Shown piece by piece: positions 25,254-34,716 of a stretch of DNA of 64,000 nucleotides; positions within the stretch are counted from its first letter, which is position 1; every line of letters begins with the position of its first letter. The notes beneath the pieces are model-generated. The model was not told where the DNA came from. It saw nothing but the letters and a program-made list of their open reading frames with translations, and did no database searches. A program made the position numbers and the translations under genes. Source of the stretch: Patescibacteria group bacterium UBA918 (lineage in GTDB: Bacteria; Patescibacteriota; Minisyncoccia; Phycocordibacterales; UBA918). The stretch spans positions 565 through 64,564 of the forward strand of contig DBEA01000010.1 of the NCBI GenBank assembly GCA_002293845.1. Direction: 5' to 3'.

Positions 25254-25856
25254 ATGAATGATTCGAAATCGGATAAGCGACCGGTTTCGACCTACTTACC
25301 TTTTGTCGGACTGGCACTGGGTTTCTTGGCGGTGTCGGTATTCTTTTGGTTCTTTCCTCCCGAGGAGGCGATCGAAATCGTAGGGGTCGAGAATTCCTAC
25401 TTGGTCCTTTTCCTGTTGGCGTTTTTCTCGGGACTGTTGGCCTTTAGCGGCATACCGTATCATTGGGTACTGATAGCTTTCGCGGTCGGTGGCCTCGAAC
25501 CCTGGCTTCTCGGTCTGGCGGCTGCGACCGGCGTCATTATCGGTGATTCGACTTCGTATCTGGTCGGCTACTACGGACATCACGTGGTACCCGATAAATT
25601 GCGCGGGTCGATAAACAGACTGTCGTCGTTCATGCATCGTCATCCTCGACTGGTGCCCGCATTCTTTTTCGTCTACGGTTCGATCGCTCCGTTTTCTAAC
25701 GATCTCGTAGGCATCACCACTGGCGTGGCTCGTTATCCTTTCTGGCGGGTGATGTTGCCGCTCGGTTTAGGTAATTTGGTCTTTAATACGACCTTGGCTT
25801 ATTTCGCCGTCAATGCTTACAGCGTCATCGAAACCTTTTCGGGATGGTTGCCGTAG
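25254..25856 (+). CDS. DedA/VTT-family membrane protein (paralog 1)
   Basis: IIGDSTSYLVGYYG and the downstream RLVPAFFFVYGSIAPF... align to the DedA core. The start is moved to ATG 25254, just after the ybjQ stop. Confidence 0.6.
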   Translation: MNDSKSDKRPVSTYLPFVGLALGFLAVSVFFWFFPPEEAIEIVGVENSYLVLFLLAFFSGLLAFSGIPYHWVLIAFAVGGLEPWLLGLAAATGVIIGDSTSYLVGYYGHHVVPDKLRGSINRLSSFMHRHPRLVPAFFFVYGSIAPFSNDLVGITTGVARYPFWRVMLPLGLGNLVFNTTLAYFAVNAYSVIETFSGWLP

Positions 25857-25909
25857 ATTCTGACAGTTGTATACTTGATATCGGTACCTGAAACTAACCA
25901 CAAATAATC

Positions 25910-26404
25910 ATGAAGACATACTTGATCGGAGCAGGCATCTTAGCAGTCGTGGCAGTAGGCGCATTGGTGTTTTGGTACATCGGCGACGACAAGGAGCTGC
26001 CAGTTCCTGCCGAGACCGAGGAAAAAGCATCACCGGACGTCATGGGGGCCACCGATACGTCGCTCGTCGGTACTTCGTGGACCTGGCTCTATACCGAATT
26101 AGAAGGTGGAGATAGGATCACCGCCCCTTCCGGTGATCGTTTCGTGCTCGGTTTCGAGTCCGATGGACGCATGTCGAGCATCACCGATTGTAATACCGTC
26201 AGTGGCAGTTATGTCGTCGACGGTGATCAAATCTCTTTTGCGCAAATGAGCATGACCAAGATGTTCTGCCAAAACTCCATGGAAAGTGACTATATCGATC
26301 AATTGTCATCCGTGGCGTCTTATGTCATTGAGGGTAGCCTCCTCGAGATGAGTCTCAAGGAAGATGGTGGGGTGATGGTCTTTATAAAAGTGCAAGGGAA
26401 GTAA
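25910..26404 (+). CDS. META/HslJ-like domain (DUF306) secreted protein
   Basis: LVGTSWTWLYTE...DRFVLGFESDGRMSSITDCNTVSGSY pattern. Confidence 0.6.
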   Translation: MKTYLIGAGILAVVAVGALVFWYIGDDKELPVPAETEEKASPDVMGATDTSLVGTSWTWLYTELEGGDRITAPSGDRFVLGFESDGRMSSITDCNTVSGSYVVDGDQISFAQMSMTKMFCQNSMESDYIDQLSSVASYVIEGSLLEMSLKEDGGVMVFIKVQGK

Positions 26405-26417
26405 GAAGAAGCGTCGT

Positions 26418-27008
26418 ATGAAGAACACCGTCGTCATCGTAGGTTTGACAGCGGCCGCCATCGCTTTGCTGTGGTTTTTGTCGACCAATCCTCTTTCTTC
26501 GCTCTTACCGGCCAACATGGATAATGGACGCCCGGCCGATATTTCCAGTATCAAATCGTTTAGAGATTGCGAGCAGGCTGGTTTTCCGGTTCGGGAAAGC
26601 TATCCGCGACAGTGCGCCTTGCCCGATGGCCGCGTTTACGCAGAAGAGATCGTGGTCGAGCCGACTTACAAGAATGCCAGCGCGGACATGATCAGGATCG
26701 ACAACCCGCACCCAGGAGGCGTGGTCGGAAAGGAGTTCGTCGTTACCGGGGACGCGCGTGGTAGTTGGTTTTTCGAGGCCTCTTTCCCTATCGATATAGT
26801 CGGGGAGAACGGCAACATCATCGGGGGTTCTTTCGCGACGGCGGAGGGGGAGTGGATGACCACCGATTTCGTGTCTTTTAAATCCGAGATCATCGACTTG
26901 CCGTCGGCCTATACCGGACCGGCTTGGTTGGTGCTCAAAAAGGACAATCCATCCGGCCTTCCCGAAAACGACGCCTCCGTGTGGGTGCCGATAGTAGTGG
27001 AATACTAG
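26418..27008 (+). CDS. Secreted protein with Gmad2-like immunoglobulin-like domain
   Basis: Signal peptide plus a beta-rich C-terminal region. Weak family assignment. Confidence 0.4.
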   Translation: MKNTVVIVGLTAAAIALLWFLSTNPLSSLLPANMDNGRPADISSIKSFRDCEQAGFPVRESYPRQCALPDGRVYAEEIVVEPTYKNASADMIRIDNPHPGGVVGKEFVVTGDARGSWFFEASFPIDIVGENGNIIGGSFATAEGEWMTTDFVSFKSEIIDLPSAYTGPAWLVLKKDNPSGLPENDASVWVPIVVEY

Positions 27009-27029
27009 TCGATTCCATAGATTGAAGTC

Positions 27030-27344
27030 ATGAAAGGAAAAACTTTTGGTGCCAGAGTAGTTGAACTGGCCCTAACTATCCCGTGCGGCCGGGTGACGAC
27101 TTACGGGGATCTGGCTCGTGCCGCCGGCGGCACGCCGATGACCGCACAAAGCGTCTCGGGCATATTGTGGCGCGCCGAAGAAAATGGTGTCAAAGGTATC
27201 CCATGGCATCGCATCGTCTACAGTGACGGCCGGGCTTGGTTTGACGAAACGCATCGCGAAGCGCGTTTGGAGTTATACAAAAAAGAGAAAATCAAGATCG
27301 ACGAAAATGGCAAAGTGGTCGATTTTGACGAGATCCGCTTCTGA
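27030..27344 (+). CDS. MGMT-family DNA-binding protein (alkyltransferase-like; PCGR instead of PCHR)
   Basis: TIPCGRVTTYGDLARAAG with the Cys retained and His replaced by Gly. TAGATT 6 nt upstream of the ATG. Confidence 0.65.
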   Translation: MKGKTFGARVVELALTIPCGRVTTYGDLARAAGGTPMTAQSVSGILWRAEENGVKGIPWHRIVYSDGRAWFDETHREARLELYKKEKIKIDENGKVVDFDEIRF

Positions 27345-27384
27345 TATTTTGATCAGTTCGAGACTTTGCCTCGAAATTCCGGTT

Positions 27385-27414
27385 TTAAAACTACCTGTTA
27401 ACAGGTAGTTTTAA
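27385..27414. repeat. 30-bp perfect AT-rich palindrome TTAAAACTACCTGTTAACAGGTAGTTTTAA (family P, copy 1)
   Basis: Direct read; GTTAAC centre. Confidence 0.8.
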
Positions 27415-27443
27415 TTTCTACACATAATTAAAACAGGGCCAAA

Positions 27444-27481
27444 CGAACGAAAACATACGGTTAACCGTATGTTTTCGTTCG
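27444..27481. repeat. 38-bp perfect palindrome CGAACGAAAACATACGGTTAACCGTATGTTTTCGTTCG (family P, copy 2)
   Basis: Direct read; GGTTAACC centre; shares AAAAC-TAC..GTTAAC..GTA-GTTTT with copy 1. Confidence 0.8.
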
Positions 27482-27541
27482 GATCCGAAATGACAGCGGT
27501 ATCGTCAGTTGTTTCGAAATTGAAAGTTCGAATCCGTCTTT

Positions 27542-28279
27542 TTATTTGTAAGGGTCCTTTTGAGCGTAGATGGAGACCGTGCGGCGCTTTCGAGCCTTAC
27601 CGTGCGAGCGGTGTTTGTGGGAGCGATAGATCTTGTGTACTAGAAATTTATCCGTCAAAAAATCGACGAGCTCTTCTTCGCCATAGGCATGTTCATACAC
27701 CCCGATCACCGGGTGAATGTAACTACCAGGTTCGTCCGCCGGGTGGTCCTTGATGAGTCGTTCGGTATGTAGGTCGTCATCGCGAAGGAAGGTTTTCAAA
27801 AACAGCCATCCGCCCGGGCGCAAGACTCGGTGAATCTCGTCGCGAAGGTGCTCGCGCTCGGCGGCTTTAAGGAAGTGTGAGGTCATCATATCGAGGACGA
27901 GGTCCTTGGAAGAGTCGTCGAGCGGAAGATCGCCAGCTATGCTTCTGGCTTCGAAGGAGAGGGGAAGGCCATCTGCGGCTCTCTTGGCCTCGGCGATGGC
28001 CGCCGTGGAAATATCAAAACCATTGCCGCGGGCTCCGAGTTCGCGCGCCAAAAAAACGAGATTGCGACCGTTGCCACACCCGAGATCTAACATCTCGGTC
28101 TTCTGACCCAGAGGGAACTCGGTTTTTTGCCGTGCCTGCCAGCGCACGAACTTGGCGAGGTCTTCGCTTTCTTCGCTCGAGAGCGCTAAATGCTCGCCGC
28201 CGGAAGCGTACTCACTGTCCCAAAAAGCCACGCCGTGGCGCTTCCTTTTCTGCTTTCTGATGAATGGTCTTTTGGCCAT
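27542..28279 (-). CDS. Class I SAM-dependent methyltransferase
   Basis: Motif I LDLGCGNGRN; acidic motif II. Confidence 0.75.
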   Translation of the reverse strand: MAKRPFIRKQKRKRHGVAFWDSEYASGGEHLALSSEESEDLAKFVRWQARQKTEFPLGQKTEMLDLGCGNGRNLVFLARELGARGNGFDISTAAIAEAKRAADGLPLSFEARSIAGDLPLDDSSKDLVLDMMTSHFLKAAEREHLRDEIHRVLRPGGWLFLKTFLRDDDLHTERLIKDHPADEPGSYIHPVIGVYEHAYGEEELVDFLTDKFLVHKIYRSHKHRSHGKARKRRTVSIYAQKDPYK

Positions 28280-28312
28280 ATTAGATGGTACAATAGCATG
28301 CGTATGCGAATC

Positions 28313-28425
28313 CCGTTAGAGACCGCGGTCGCGGCTGTGACGGCGCATTAGGGAAGGAATATCCTAATCTTAACAATTTATAATCTTAAGCGGGAAGCGG
28401 GCGACCGCGACCTGTCTCTAACGGG
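28313..28425. promoter_or_regulatory. ~22-bp inverted repeat (CCCGTTAGAGACCGCGGTCGC ... GCGACCGCGACCTGTCTCTAACGGG) bracketing a 60-bp AT-rich core with TATAAT, in a divergent promoter region
   Basis: Direct read; the right arm ends at the DsbA-like start codon. Confidence 0.5.
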
Positions 28426-29055
28426 ATGAAAAAACACTTTTGGAAGGTCGTCGCTTTCGTGGCTCTACTACTCATTGCTGGGTCCTTTATTTATTCACAA
28501 AAGGCGAGCGAGCAGGCCAACGAAGGCGTGATTCTAGAGGCTAGGATCAAGGGAAACCCTGAGGCCAAGACGGTTTTGGTGGAGTATAGCGACTTCCAAT
28601 GTCCGGCTTGTGCCCAGTTCTATCCTGTGGTCAAGGAAATCATCGGGGAACACGGCGACGATCTTAAAGTTGAGTATCGTCACTTTCCGCTCATAAACAT
28701 CCATCCCCAGGCGGTACCGGCGGCCAAAGCCGCCGAAGCTGCGGGCGTCCAGGGAAAATTCTGGGAAATGCACGACAAGTTGTTTGACAACCAGGCGACT
28801 TGGAGTCGTGCTTCTAACCCATCCGCCTACTTCAACCAGTACGCCGAGGAGATCGGCCTCGACGTCGACCAGTTCAAGCGTCATAAGGATTCTTCCATGA
28901 TAGCCGACGCCATTAATGATAGCTTCAATGAGGCTCGCGATCTGGGATTTACGGGTACCCCCACCTTCATGTTGAACGGGGAGGTGATGGAATTCGACAC
29001 TTTCGAGGAGTTTAAGAGTCAGATCGAGGCGGCGATCGCGGCCGACCCTTCCTGA
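28426..29055 (+). CDS. DsbA-family thiol:disulfide oxidoreductase (CPAC active site)
   Basis: Signal/TM anchor plus thioredoxin fold with FQCPAC. Confidence 0.8.
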   Translation: MKKHFWKVVAFVALLLIAGSFIYSQKASEQANEGVILEARIKGNPEAKTVLVEYSDFQCPACAQFYPVVKEIIGEHGDDLKVEYRHFPLINIHPQAVPAAKAAEAAGVQGKFWEMHDKLFDNQATWSRASNPSAYFNQYAEEIGLDVDQFKRHKDSSMIADAINDSFNEARDLGFTGTPTFMLNGEVMEFDTFEEFKSQIEAAIAADPS

Positions 29056-29130
29056 TTTTCAAAAAGAGCGAATTCGTGGCCTAATGAGCGTCGAGGCCGA
29101 TAACGTGCTAGCATTTTCGCTTCCAAAGCT

Positions 29131-30414
29131 ATGCCAAAGAAACAACGGAACATCATCGCCTATGTCTCTAAGGTGTCTCCCGACATCATTGCCGACATCC
29201 GGACGTGGGAAAAAGAGACCGGTGAGAGGTATCGGATCATGTTGATCGAGAACTCCGCACGGAAGATGACCAAAAGACAGTCTGGTGCTACCTTGGACGG
29301 GGTCAATATCGTGCTCTCGGTCGATTTTACCAGCGACTCTGCTCTTCAAGAGGCGCTGGCTCCATACCAAGATCAGCTGTGCGCCATCACTAGCCGTGTG
29401 GAATCGTATTTGGCCGATTTCATCAAGATCATACCGTTCGTTCCGTATCTACATACGCCCACGCCTGAATCGCTCCAATGGGCTAGCGACAAGCGCTTGA
29501 TGCGTCGACATTTTCGAGTGGCAGATTCCTCTATTACTCCTAAATACGCTTTGGTCAAGGATGCTAGCGATACAGAACTCGAACGTGTGGTCGGCCAGAT
29601 CGGTTTTCCGTTGATACTCAAGCCTACCAACTTAGCCCAGAGTCTGTTGGTGAACGTTTGTCATCATCAGGATGAATTGCGTAAGGTGGCGAAAGAGGTA
29701 TTCAGAGAGATAGAAAAGATCTACGCTGAAAATGGCCGGACCGAGCGCCCGCGCGTGCTAGCCGAGCAATACATGGAAGGTTTGCAGTATTCGATCGATG
29801 CCTATGTGTCCGCTCGCGGCAAAGTGACCTGTTGTCCTTTAGTTCGCCAGAAGACCGGACACGACATCGGCCGCGACGATTTTTTCGGATATCTGCAGTC
29901 GACTCCGACCGCGCTATCGTCGGCCACGGTGAAAAAAGCCGAGGAGGTGGTTAAGCGCGGAGTCCATGCCCTAGGTCTTCGTAACACTACTGTCCACGTC
30001 GAATTGATGCGCATCGACAATACTTGGAAGATCATTGAGATCGGCGCGCGCATCGGAGGATTCCGACCGCAGCTCCACCGTCTTTCTTGTGGCATCAATC
30101 ACGGCATGAACGATGTGCTGGTCCGTATGGGACGCCAACCGGTCGTGCCGCGCCGCTGCCGCCGCTTCGCGGCGGCGATGAAATACTATGCCAAGGAAGA
30201 GGGTGAGATCGTCAGTATTTTGGGACTTAAGAAGATCGAGAAACTAACTTCCTTCCACAAGATAGAGATGCGCAAGAAGCGCGGCGACCGGAGCGTTTTC
30301 GCTAAAAACGGCGGCGGCGCTATTTTCGTGCTGTATTTAGTGAACGATTCTCGTTCGGACTTGTTGGCAGATATTAGACGAGTTGAGGAGGCGGTACGGG
30401 TAAGAGTGGCATGA
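29131..30414 (+). CDS. ATP-grasp domain ligase (large, with N-terminal extra domain)
   Basis: GFPLILKP, EQYMEG, IEIGARIGG ATP-grasp blocks. Confidence 0.65.
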   Translation: MPKKQRNIIAYVSKVSPDIIADIRTWEKETGERYRIMLIENSARKMTKRQSGATLDGVNIVLSVDFTSDSALQEALAPYQDQLCAITSRVESYLADFIKIIPFVPYLHTPTPESLQWASDKRLMRRHFRVADSSITPKYALVKDASDTELERVVGQIGFPLILKPTNLAQSLLVNVCHHQDELRKVAKEVFREIEKIYAENGRTERPRVLAEQYMEGLQYSIDAYVSARGKVTCCPLVRQKTGHDIGRDDFFGYLQSTPTALSSATVKKAEEVVKRGVHALGLRNTTVHVELMRIDNTWKIIEIGARIGGFRPQLHRLSCGINHGMNDVLVRMGRQPVVPRRCRRFAAAMKYYAKEEGEIVSILGLKKIEKLTSFHKIEMRKKRGDRSVFAKNGGGAIFVLYLVNDSRSDLLADIRRVEEAVRVRVA

Positions 30415-30421
30415 TGTCAGT

Positions 30422-31294
30422 ATGAAGATCGCGATAATGACCTCACGTGTGATAGAGGAGATCAAGGGACTCACTGAAGAGTTGCGGACCCGCGGACACG
30501 AGGTAACGCTTTGGCCGCTTGATCAAATCAAACCAGAAATGTTCGTCGACGGATCGCTAGCTACTGAGCTGTCTCGGTTCGATCTTGTTTATTATCGTTC
30601 AGGATTTTCCGATGCCGGAGCCTTCGAACTGGGTCGGTTACTAGAAAAGACGCCGGGTCGTCTGATCAATAGAGCCGTCTTTAGACCGCTCACATCCAAC
30701 AAGATCCATCAAGCCATCGCTTCCATCAAATGCGGCATCGCCATTCCGCCGACTTTTATAGGTCGAAATGTTTCCTTTGATACTTTAAATAAAGAGTTCG
30801 GTCTACCTTTTATATTAAAGGCCGCGCACGGTATCCAGGGCGATAAAGTATTTTTGATCCACGATAAAGACACTTATAATAAGCGACTGGATGAGGTATC
30901 GAGTGAAGTGATGTTTCAGAAATTCATCCCTAACGGCGGCGACTACAGGGTTTTTGTATTGGGAGGCGAGGTTCATGACATCTTCAAGCGCGTGGCCGCC
31001 GAAGGTAATTTCAAAAACAACATGGCCCTTGGCGCACGAGGAGTACGAGTGACCGATGTGACGATGCGTAAGAGGTTGGCGGCGATCGGTACTACCATAG
31101 CAAAAAGCATGGAAATCGAGATTGGAGGCATTGATGTCATAGAATCGTCTGAGGATGGACAGTTGTATTTTCTAGAAGTGAATGTCAATCCAGGATGGAG
31201 AGGACTCGATTCTACTTTAGGCGGAAACACCGCTGCTACCGTGGCGGATTATTTTGAACGTCTGCTCAAATCATCCAGCACCACATTGCTATAA
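30422..31294 (+). CDS. RimK-like ATP-grasp ligase
   Basis: GLPFILKAAHGIQGDKVFLI, YRVFVLGGEV, YFLEVNVNPGW. Confidence 0.7.
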   Translation: MKIAIMTSRVIEEIKGLTEELRTRGHEVTLWPLDQIKPEMFVDGSLATELSRFDLVYYRSGFSDAGAFELGRLLEKTPGRLINRAVFRPLTSNKIHQAIASIKCGIAIPPTFIGRNVSFDTLNKEFGLPFILKAAHGIQGDKVFLIHDKDTYNKRLDEVSSEVMFQKFIPNGGDYRVFVLGGEVHDIFKRVAAEGNFKNNMALGARGVRVTDVTMRKRLAAIGTTIAKSMEIEIGGIDVIESSEDGQLYFLEVNVNPGWRGLDSTLGGNTAATVADYFERLLKSSSTTLL

Positions 31295-32142
31295 ACTCTC
31301 TCCACGTCGAAACCTGCCGCCGGACTAAAAATGTCCATTTGTGGCGCTTTATTGACCTCAAAGACAAGAGGTCCTCTTTCTGTTCTTACTAGATCAACGC
31401 CAGCTACCCGCAGTTCGGCCTTCTCGGCAGCCCCGATGCATATCGATTCCTCTTCGGCGGATATGGGTATCTTTTCCGGTTTGCCTCCTTGCGATACGTT
31501 GTTGTAAAACCCGTCGGAGCTAGATCGTTTGATAGCCGCGATGATCTTACCATCAAACACGAACACTCGAATATCATGGTCGTTCGGTATATATTCTTGT
31601 ATGAGCGTAAGCTCCGAGTCTTGTTTTATGTGTGTCTCTAAGCTAGCTTTGTCTTCCACTTTCCACACGTTTTTTCCCTTTGAACCGGTTTTTTTGACTA
31701 CGACCGGAAATTGCAATCGCTGTTCAATGTAGGTTTTATTTTTTTCGTATGAATGAGGTGTCACGATAAGAGTGTTAGGTACCTTGATGCCATTTAGAGG
31801 TAAAGATACCATCATTGTGATCTTGTCTGCCGTCTTATCAGAGACCAGGTTCGCTCCATCGATGAAGATCGGCACCTTCTCTTGTAGTATCCGACCGATC
31901 AGATAGGTTCGATAAGTATCTTTGTTGGTTCTCTTTATTAGGTAGGCCGTGTCATTGGTCGGCAAGGGCGCGTTATCATGTATCACGCATACAACAGAGT
32001 CCGATTCGTACCCGATCGAAATGATACAATCTCTAGTCAAAACGTTTTCTGTAGATATTTCTTGTTCAGCCGCTAAAGTGCGAAATAGTTCAAAGAAATG
32101 AATCGGATCATCGCCATTCATCACAATTATATGCTTGATCAT
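31249..32142 (-). CDS. RimK-like ATP-grasp ligase (AT-rich; convergent, overlapping the previous gene by 46 nt)
   Basis: QFPVVVKKTGSKGKNVWKV, IRVFVFDGKII, VFEVNKAPQ. Confidence 0.65.
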   Translation of the reverse strand: MIKHIIVMNGDDPIHFFELFRTLAAEQEISTENVLTRDCIISIGYESDSVVCVIHDNAPLPTNDTAYLIKRTNKDTYRTYLIGRILQEKVPIFIDGANLVSDKTADKITMMVSLPLNGIKVPNTLIVTPHSYEKNKTYIEQRLQFPVVVKKTGSKGKNVWKVEDKASLETHIKQDSELTLIQEYIPNDHDIRVFVFDGKIIAAIKRSSSDGFYNNVSQGGKPEKIPISAEEESICIGAAEKAELRVAGVDLVRTERGPLVFEVNKAPQMDIFSPAAGFDVERVYSNVVLDDLSRRSK

Positions 32143-32198
32143 ACTTGCGGATTATACCCTCGATTCATTAACAGGCATAATATTGTTATAATACTCAA

Positions 32199-32759
32199 AT
32201 GATCCGTACTCGTGATTTCGCCGTGTTTTCGGTCGCGCTGGTGTTTCTACTTTCCGTATTGACGGCCACGGTGGCTTATGATCTTTGGGGAACGTCCGGA
32301 CAGGTAGCCGCCGTTGTCAAATTCGCCGATAATGCGCCGGTCGAAGGGGCGGTGGCCGACAATAAAGACATCGATCGAGAGGGTAACATCGAAAGGTTGA
32401 GATCCAAGATCGCGGCCGGGGAGGGTGACAGCCGAGCCGGGGCGCCGGTATTTACTTCGGTCGACGATATTCCCGCGAATGATACGGTCACGTCGACCGA
32501 CGACTCTCCGGCCGAATCGGTGATGATCGGCAATACCATGGATGGCGGAGCGCTTTTCAGTGATGGGTTATGGCGCTTCATCGGATTCGGGTCTTATGAA
32601 CAGATCGGTATGGCCCTAAACGGCACGCCGATCTTCGGCGCGCGCGCTGACAGCATGTCCCTCGACGCTTGCGGAGGTGTCGACGATGGTTCGGGCTATA
32701 AACTTTACTTGCAGACGAACAGGGAAGTGGATGCGGCATGCTTCACGCAAGTTCGGTGA
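32199..32759 (+). CDS. Secreted hypothetical protein
   Basis: TM/signal segment AVFSVALVFLLSVLTATVAY. TATAAT 6 nt upstream of the ATG. Confidence 0.5.
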   Translation: MIRTRDFAVFSVALVFLLSVLTATVAYDLWGTSGQVAAVVKFADNAPVEGAVADNKDIDREGNIERLRSKIAAGEGDSRAGAPVFTSVDDIPANDTVTSTDDSPAESVMIGNTMDGGALFSDGLWRFIGFGSYEQIGMALNGTPIFGARADSMSLDACGGVDDGSGYKLYLQTNREVDAACFTQVR

Positions 32760-32762
32760 TGT

Positions 32763-32791
32763 TTGCAAAAGTGTATAATTTGTGATATAAT
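32763..32791 (+). promoter_or_regulatory. sigma70 promoter TTGCAA-17nt-tgaTATAAT
   Basis: tTTGCAAaagtgtataatttgtgaTATAATtat. Confidence 0.5.
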
Positions 32792-32829
32792 TATAGAAGC
32801 AGTTTTGTTTAAAAACCAGGGAGGCGGGA

Positions 32830-33327
32830 TTGAAAAATCGAATCAAATTCCGGCCTCTAGGGCCGGTGGCGAAGGCCGCCGATTCTGCCATGTATCCGTT
32901 CATGCGGATATCGATGGAGTTGAATGGCACGGCCGACGAATCACCACAGATGACTCATTGGTGGAATAATCAAAAACTATCCACCAGCGATGTCGGCCAT
33001 CTCGACCAGGATCTGGTCGCAAAGGTCAATGGTGACCCTACGGCTTGGAGGTTGCCCGGTGGACTCAGGCATTTCCCCTGGATCGGCTGGCAACGGTATG
33101 TGGTGCTGCGGCCGAGAACCTGGGTATACACGTGGTACGTAGGCTGGGTCACGCACGACGTTATCGGTATATCGCGGATCCCCATCGTGGGTCCGGTGAA
33201 AACCCTGCGCGGCCCGGAGGAGACGATTTTCTTTGCCGTCGATGCCGCCGGGCAGCAGTTGGCCATCGAAGTGGTCGGTCGAGGGAAGCTCGGAGACGGT
33301 AAGTTTCCGACAGTGCCGCTTCATTAA
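32830..33327 (+). CDS. Hypothetical Trp-rich protein
   Basis: GGGAGG upstream and a terminator downstream (33335-33363). Competing antisense ORFs exist. Confidence 0.4.
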   Translation: MKNRIKFRPLGPVAKAADSAMYPFMRISMELNGTADESPQMTHWWNNQKLSTSDVGHLDQDLVAKVNGDPTAWRLPGGLRHFPWIGWQRYVVLRPRTWVYTWYVGWVTHDVIGISRIPIVGPVKTLRGPEETIFFAVDAAGQQLAIEVVGRGKLGDGKFPTVPLH

Positions 33328-33382
33328 GTTTGGGGGGGCGCGAGCGATCGCGCCCTTTTTGCGTCTGTTATAATTCAGATCA

Positions 33383-34612
33383 ATGTCAGACAAAAAATTT
33401 CCGAACGGATTTTATTGGGGTGCCGCCACGGCCAGTTACCAAGTCGAAGGTGGCATAGAGAATACCGATTGGGCCAAGGCGGCCAGAGAAGGTCGGGTGC
33501 CGGCCTGTGGACGCGCTTGCGATCATTATCATCGCTACGAGGCTGATTTCGATATTGCCAAGGAACTAGGCCACAATGCACATCGGCTTTCGGTCGAGTG
33601 GGCGCGCATCGAGCCGGAAGAAGGTAGGTTCGATGAGGTGGCGATAGAACACTATCGAGAGGTACTCAATGCCCTACACACACGTGGTATCACGCCGTTC
33701 ATCACCATCTGGCACTTCACTTTGCCACTATGGTTTTCGGAAACCGGCGGTTTCGAGCGTAAAGATTCACCGGAGATATTCGCCCGCTACTCTGCTTATG
33801 TGGTAGAGAAATTAGGTGATTTGTGTGTCAGCTACTCAACTATCAACGAAGCCCTACCGTTTACTTCCAATGGTTGGCGACGTGGTACCTGGCCTCCTTT
33901 CAAGAAGTGGCCGGGAATAGATAGAGTAGGCGTACCTACTTACAGTAACTTTCACAAGATGGAAGAAAAAGTGGGTATTGTAAATATATTCAAGTACTTC
34001 CGGGTACTTCGCAATTTAGCCAAAGCCCACAATAGGGCCTATGACGCTATCAAGAGGGTTCGTCCAGAGGTGGAAGTTGGTATCGTTCACCACGTGATAC
34101 TCTTTCATTCCAACGGAAGCTGGTTGAATGATCTGAAGGCTAAGTTTATGAATTGGCACTGGACACACCAGCACTTAGGAAGAGTTTACAAGAGATGTGA
34201 CAATCTGGGACTTAATTATTATCTACATAAGAAGTTCGGTGACACCCGTACATATCGAAAGACCGATATGGACTGGGACGTCTACCCAGAAGGAATTTAC
34301 GAAGCATTGAAAATGCTGTGGCGTTACAAAAAACCGATATACATCACCGAGGCGGGAGTTGCCGACGACGATGATGATATTCGCGCCGATTATATAAAAA
34401 CACAAGTGGAAGCTACTCGTCGCGCACTCCAAGAAGGTGTCGACGTCCGTGGACACATGTATTGGTCCCTTCTCGATAATTATGAATGGGCGCTCGGATT
34501 CGACAAGCGTTTCGGCTTGGTCGAGATCGATTATGACACCTTGGAGCGAAAGATCCGCCCTTCCGCTTATGTGTACAAGAAAATTATCGAGCAGAACGGC
34601 ATAGTAGAATGA
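33383..34612 (+). CDS. Glycoside hydrolase family 1 (beta-glucosidase-like)
   Basis: N-terminal signature FPNGFYWGAATASYQVEGG and ITENG-like region YITEAGVA. Confidence 0.85.
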   Translation: MSDKKFPNGFYWGAATASYQVEGGIENTDWAKAAREGRVPACGRACDHYHRYEADFDIAKELGHNAHRLSVEWARIEPEEGRFDEVAIEHYREVLNALHTRGITPFITIWHFTLPLWFSETGGFERKDSPEIFARYSAYVVEKLGDLCVSYSTINEALPFTSNGWRRGTWPPFKKWPGIDRVGVPTYSNFHKMEEKVGIVNIFKYFRVLRNLAKAHNRAYDAIKRVRPEVEVGIVHHVILFHSNGSWLNDLKAKFMNWHWTHQHLGRVYKRCDNLGLNYYLHKKFGDTRTYRKTDMDWDVYPEGIYEALKMLWRYKKPIYITEAGVADDDDDIRADYIKTQVEATRRALQEGVDVRGHMYWSLLDNYEWALGFDKRFGLVEIDYDTLERKIRPSAYVYKKIIEQNGIVE

Positions 34613-34716
34613 GTTGACAGTTGTCAGTGATGAGTGGCACTTATAGTGTGTCCGCCGAAACAGCGAAGCTGTTTCGGCCAACTAAAACCTATAACCTGAA
34701 ACCTATAAACTAAATT

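Noticed and set aside
27469-27753. 94-aa plus-strand ORF spanning the second palindrome
   Set aside because: It starts inside a perfect 38-bp palindrome, runs antisense into the methyltransferase gene, and its translation is Cys/Arg-rich noise.
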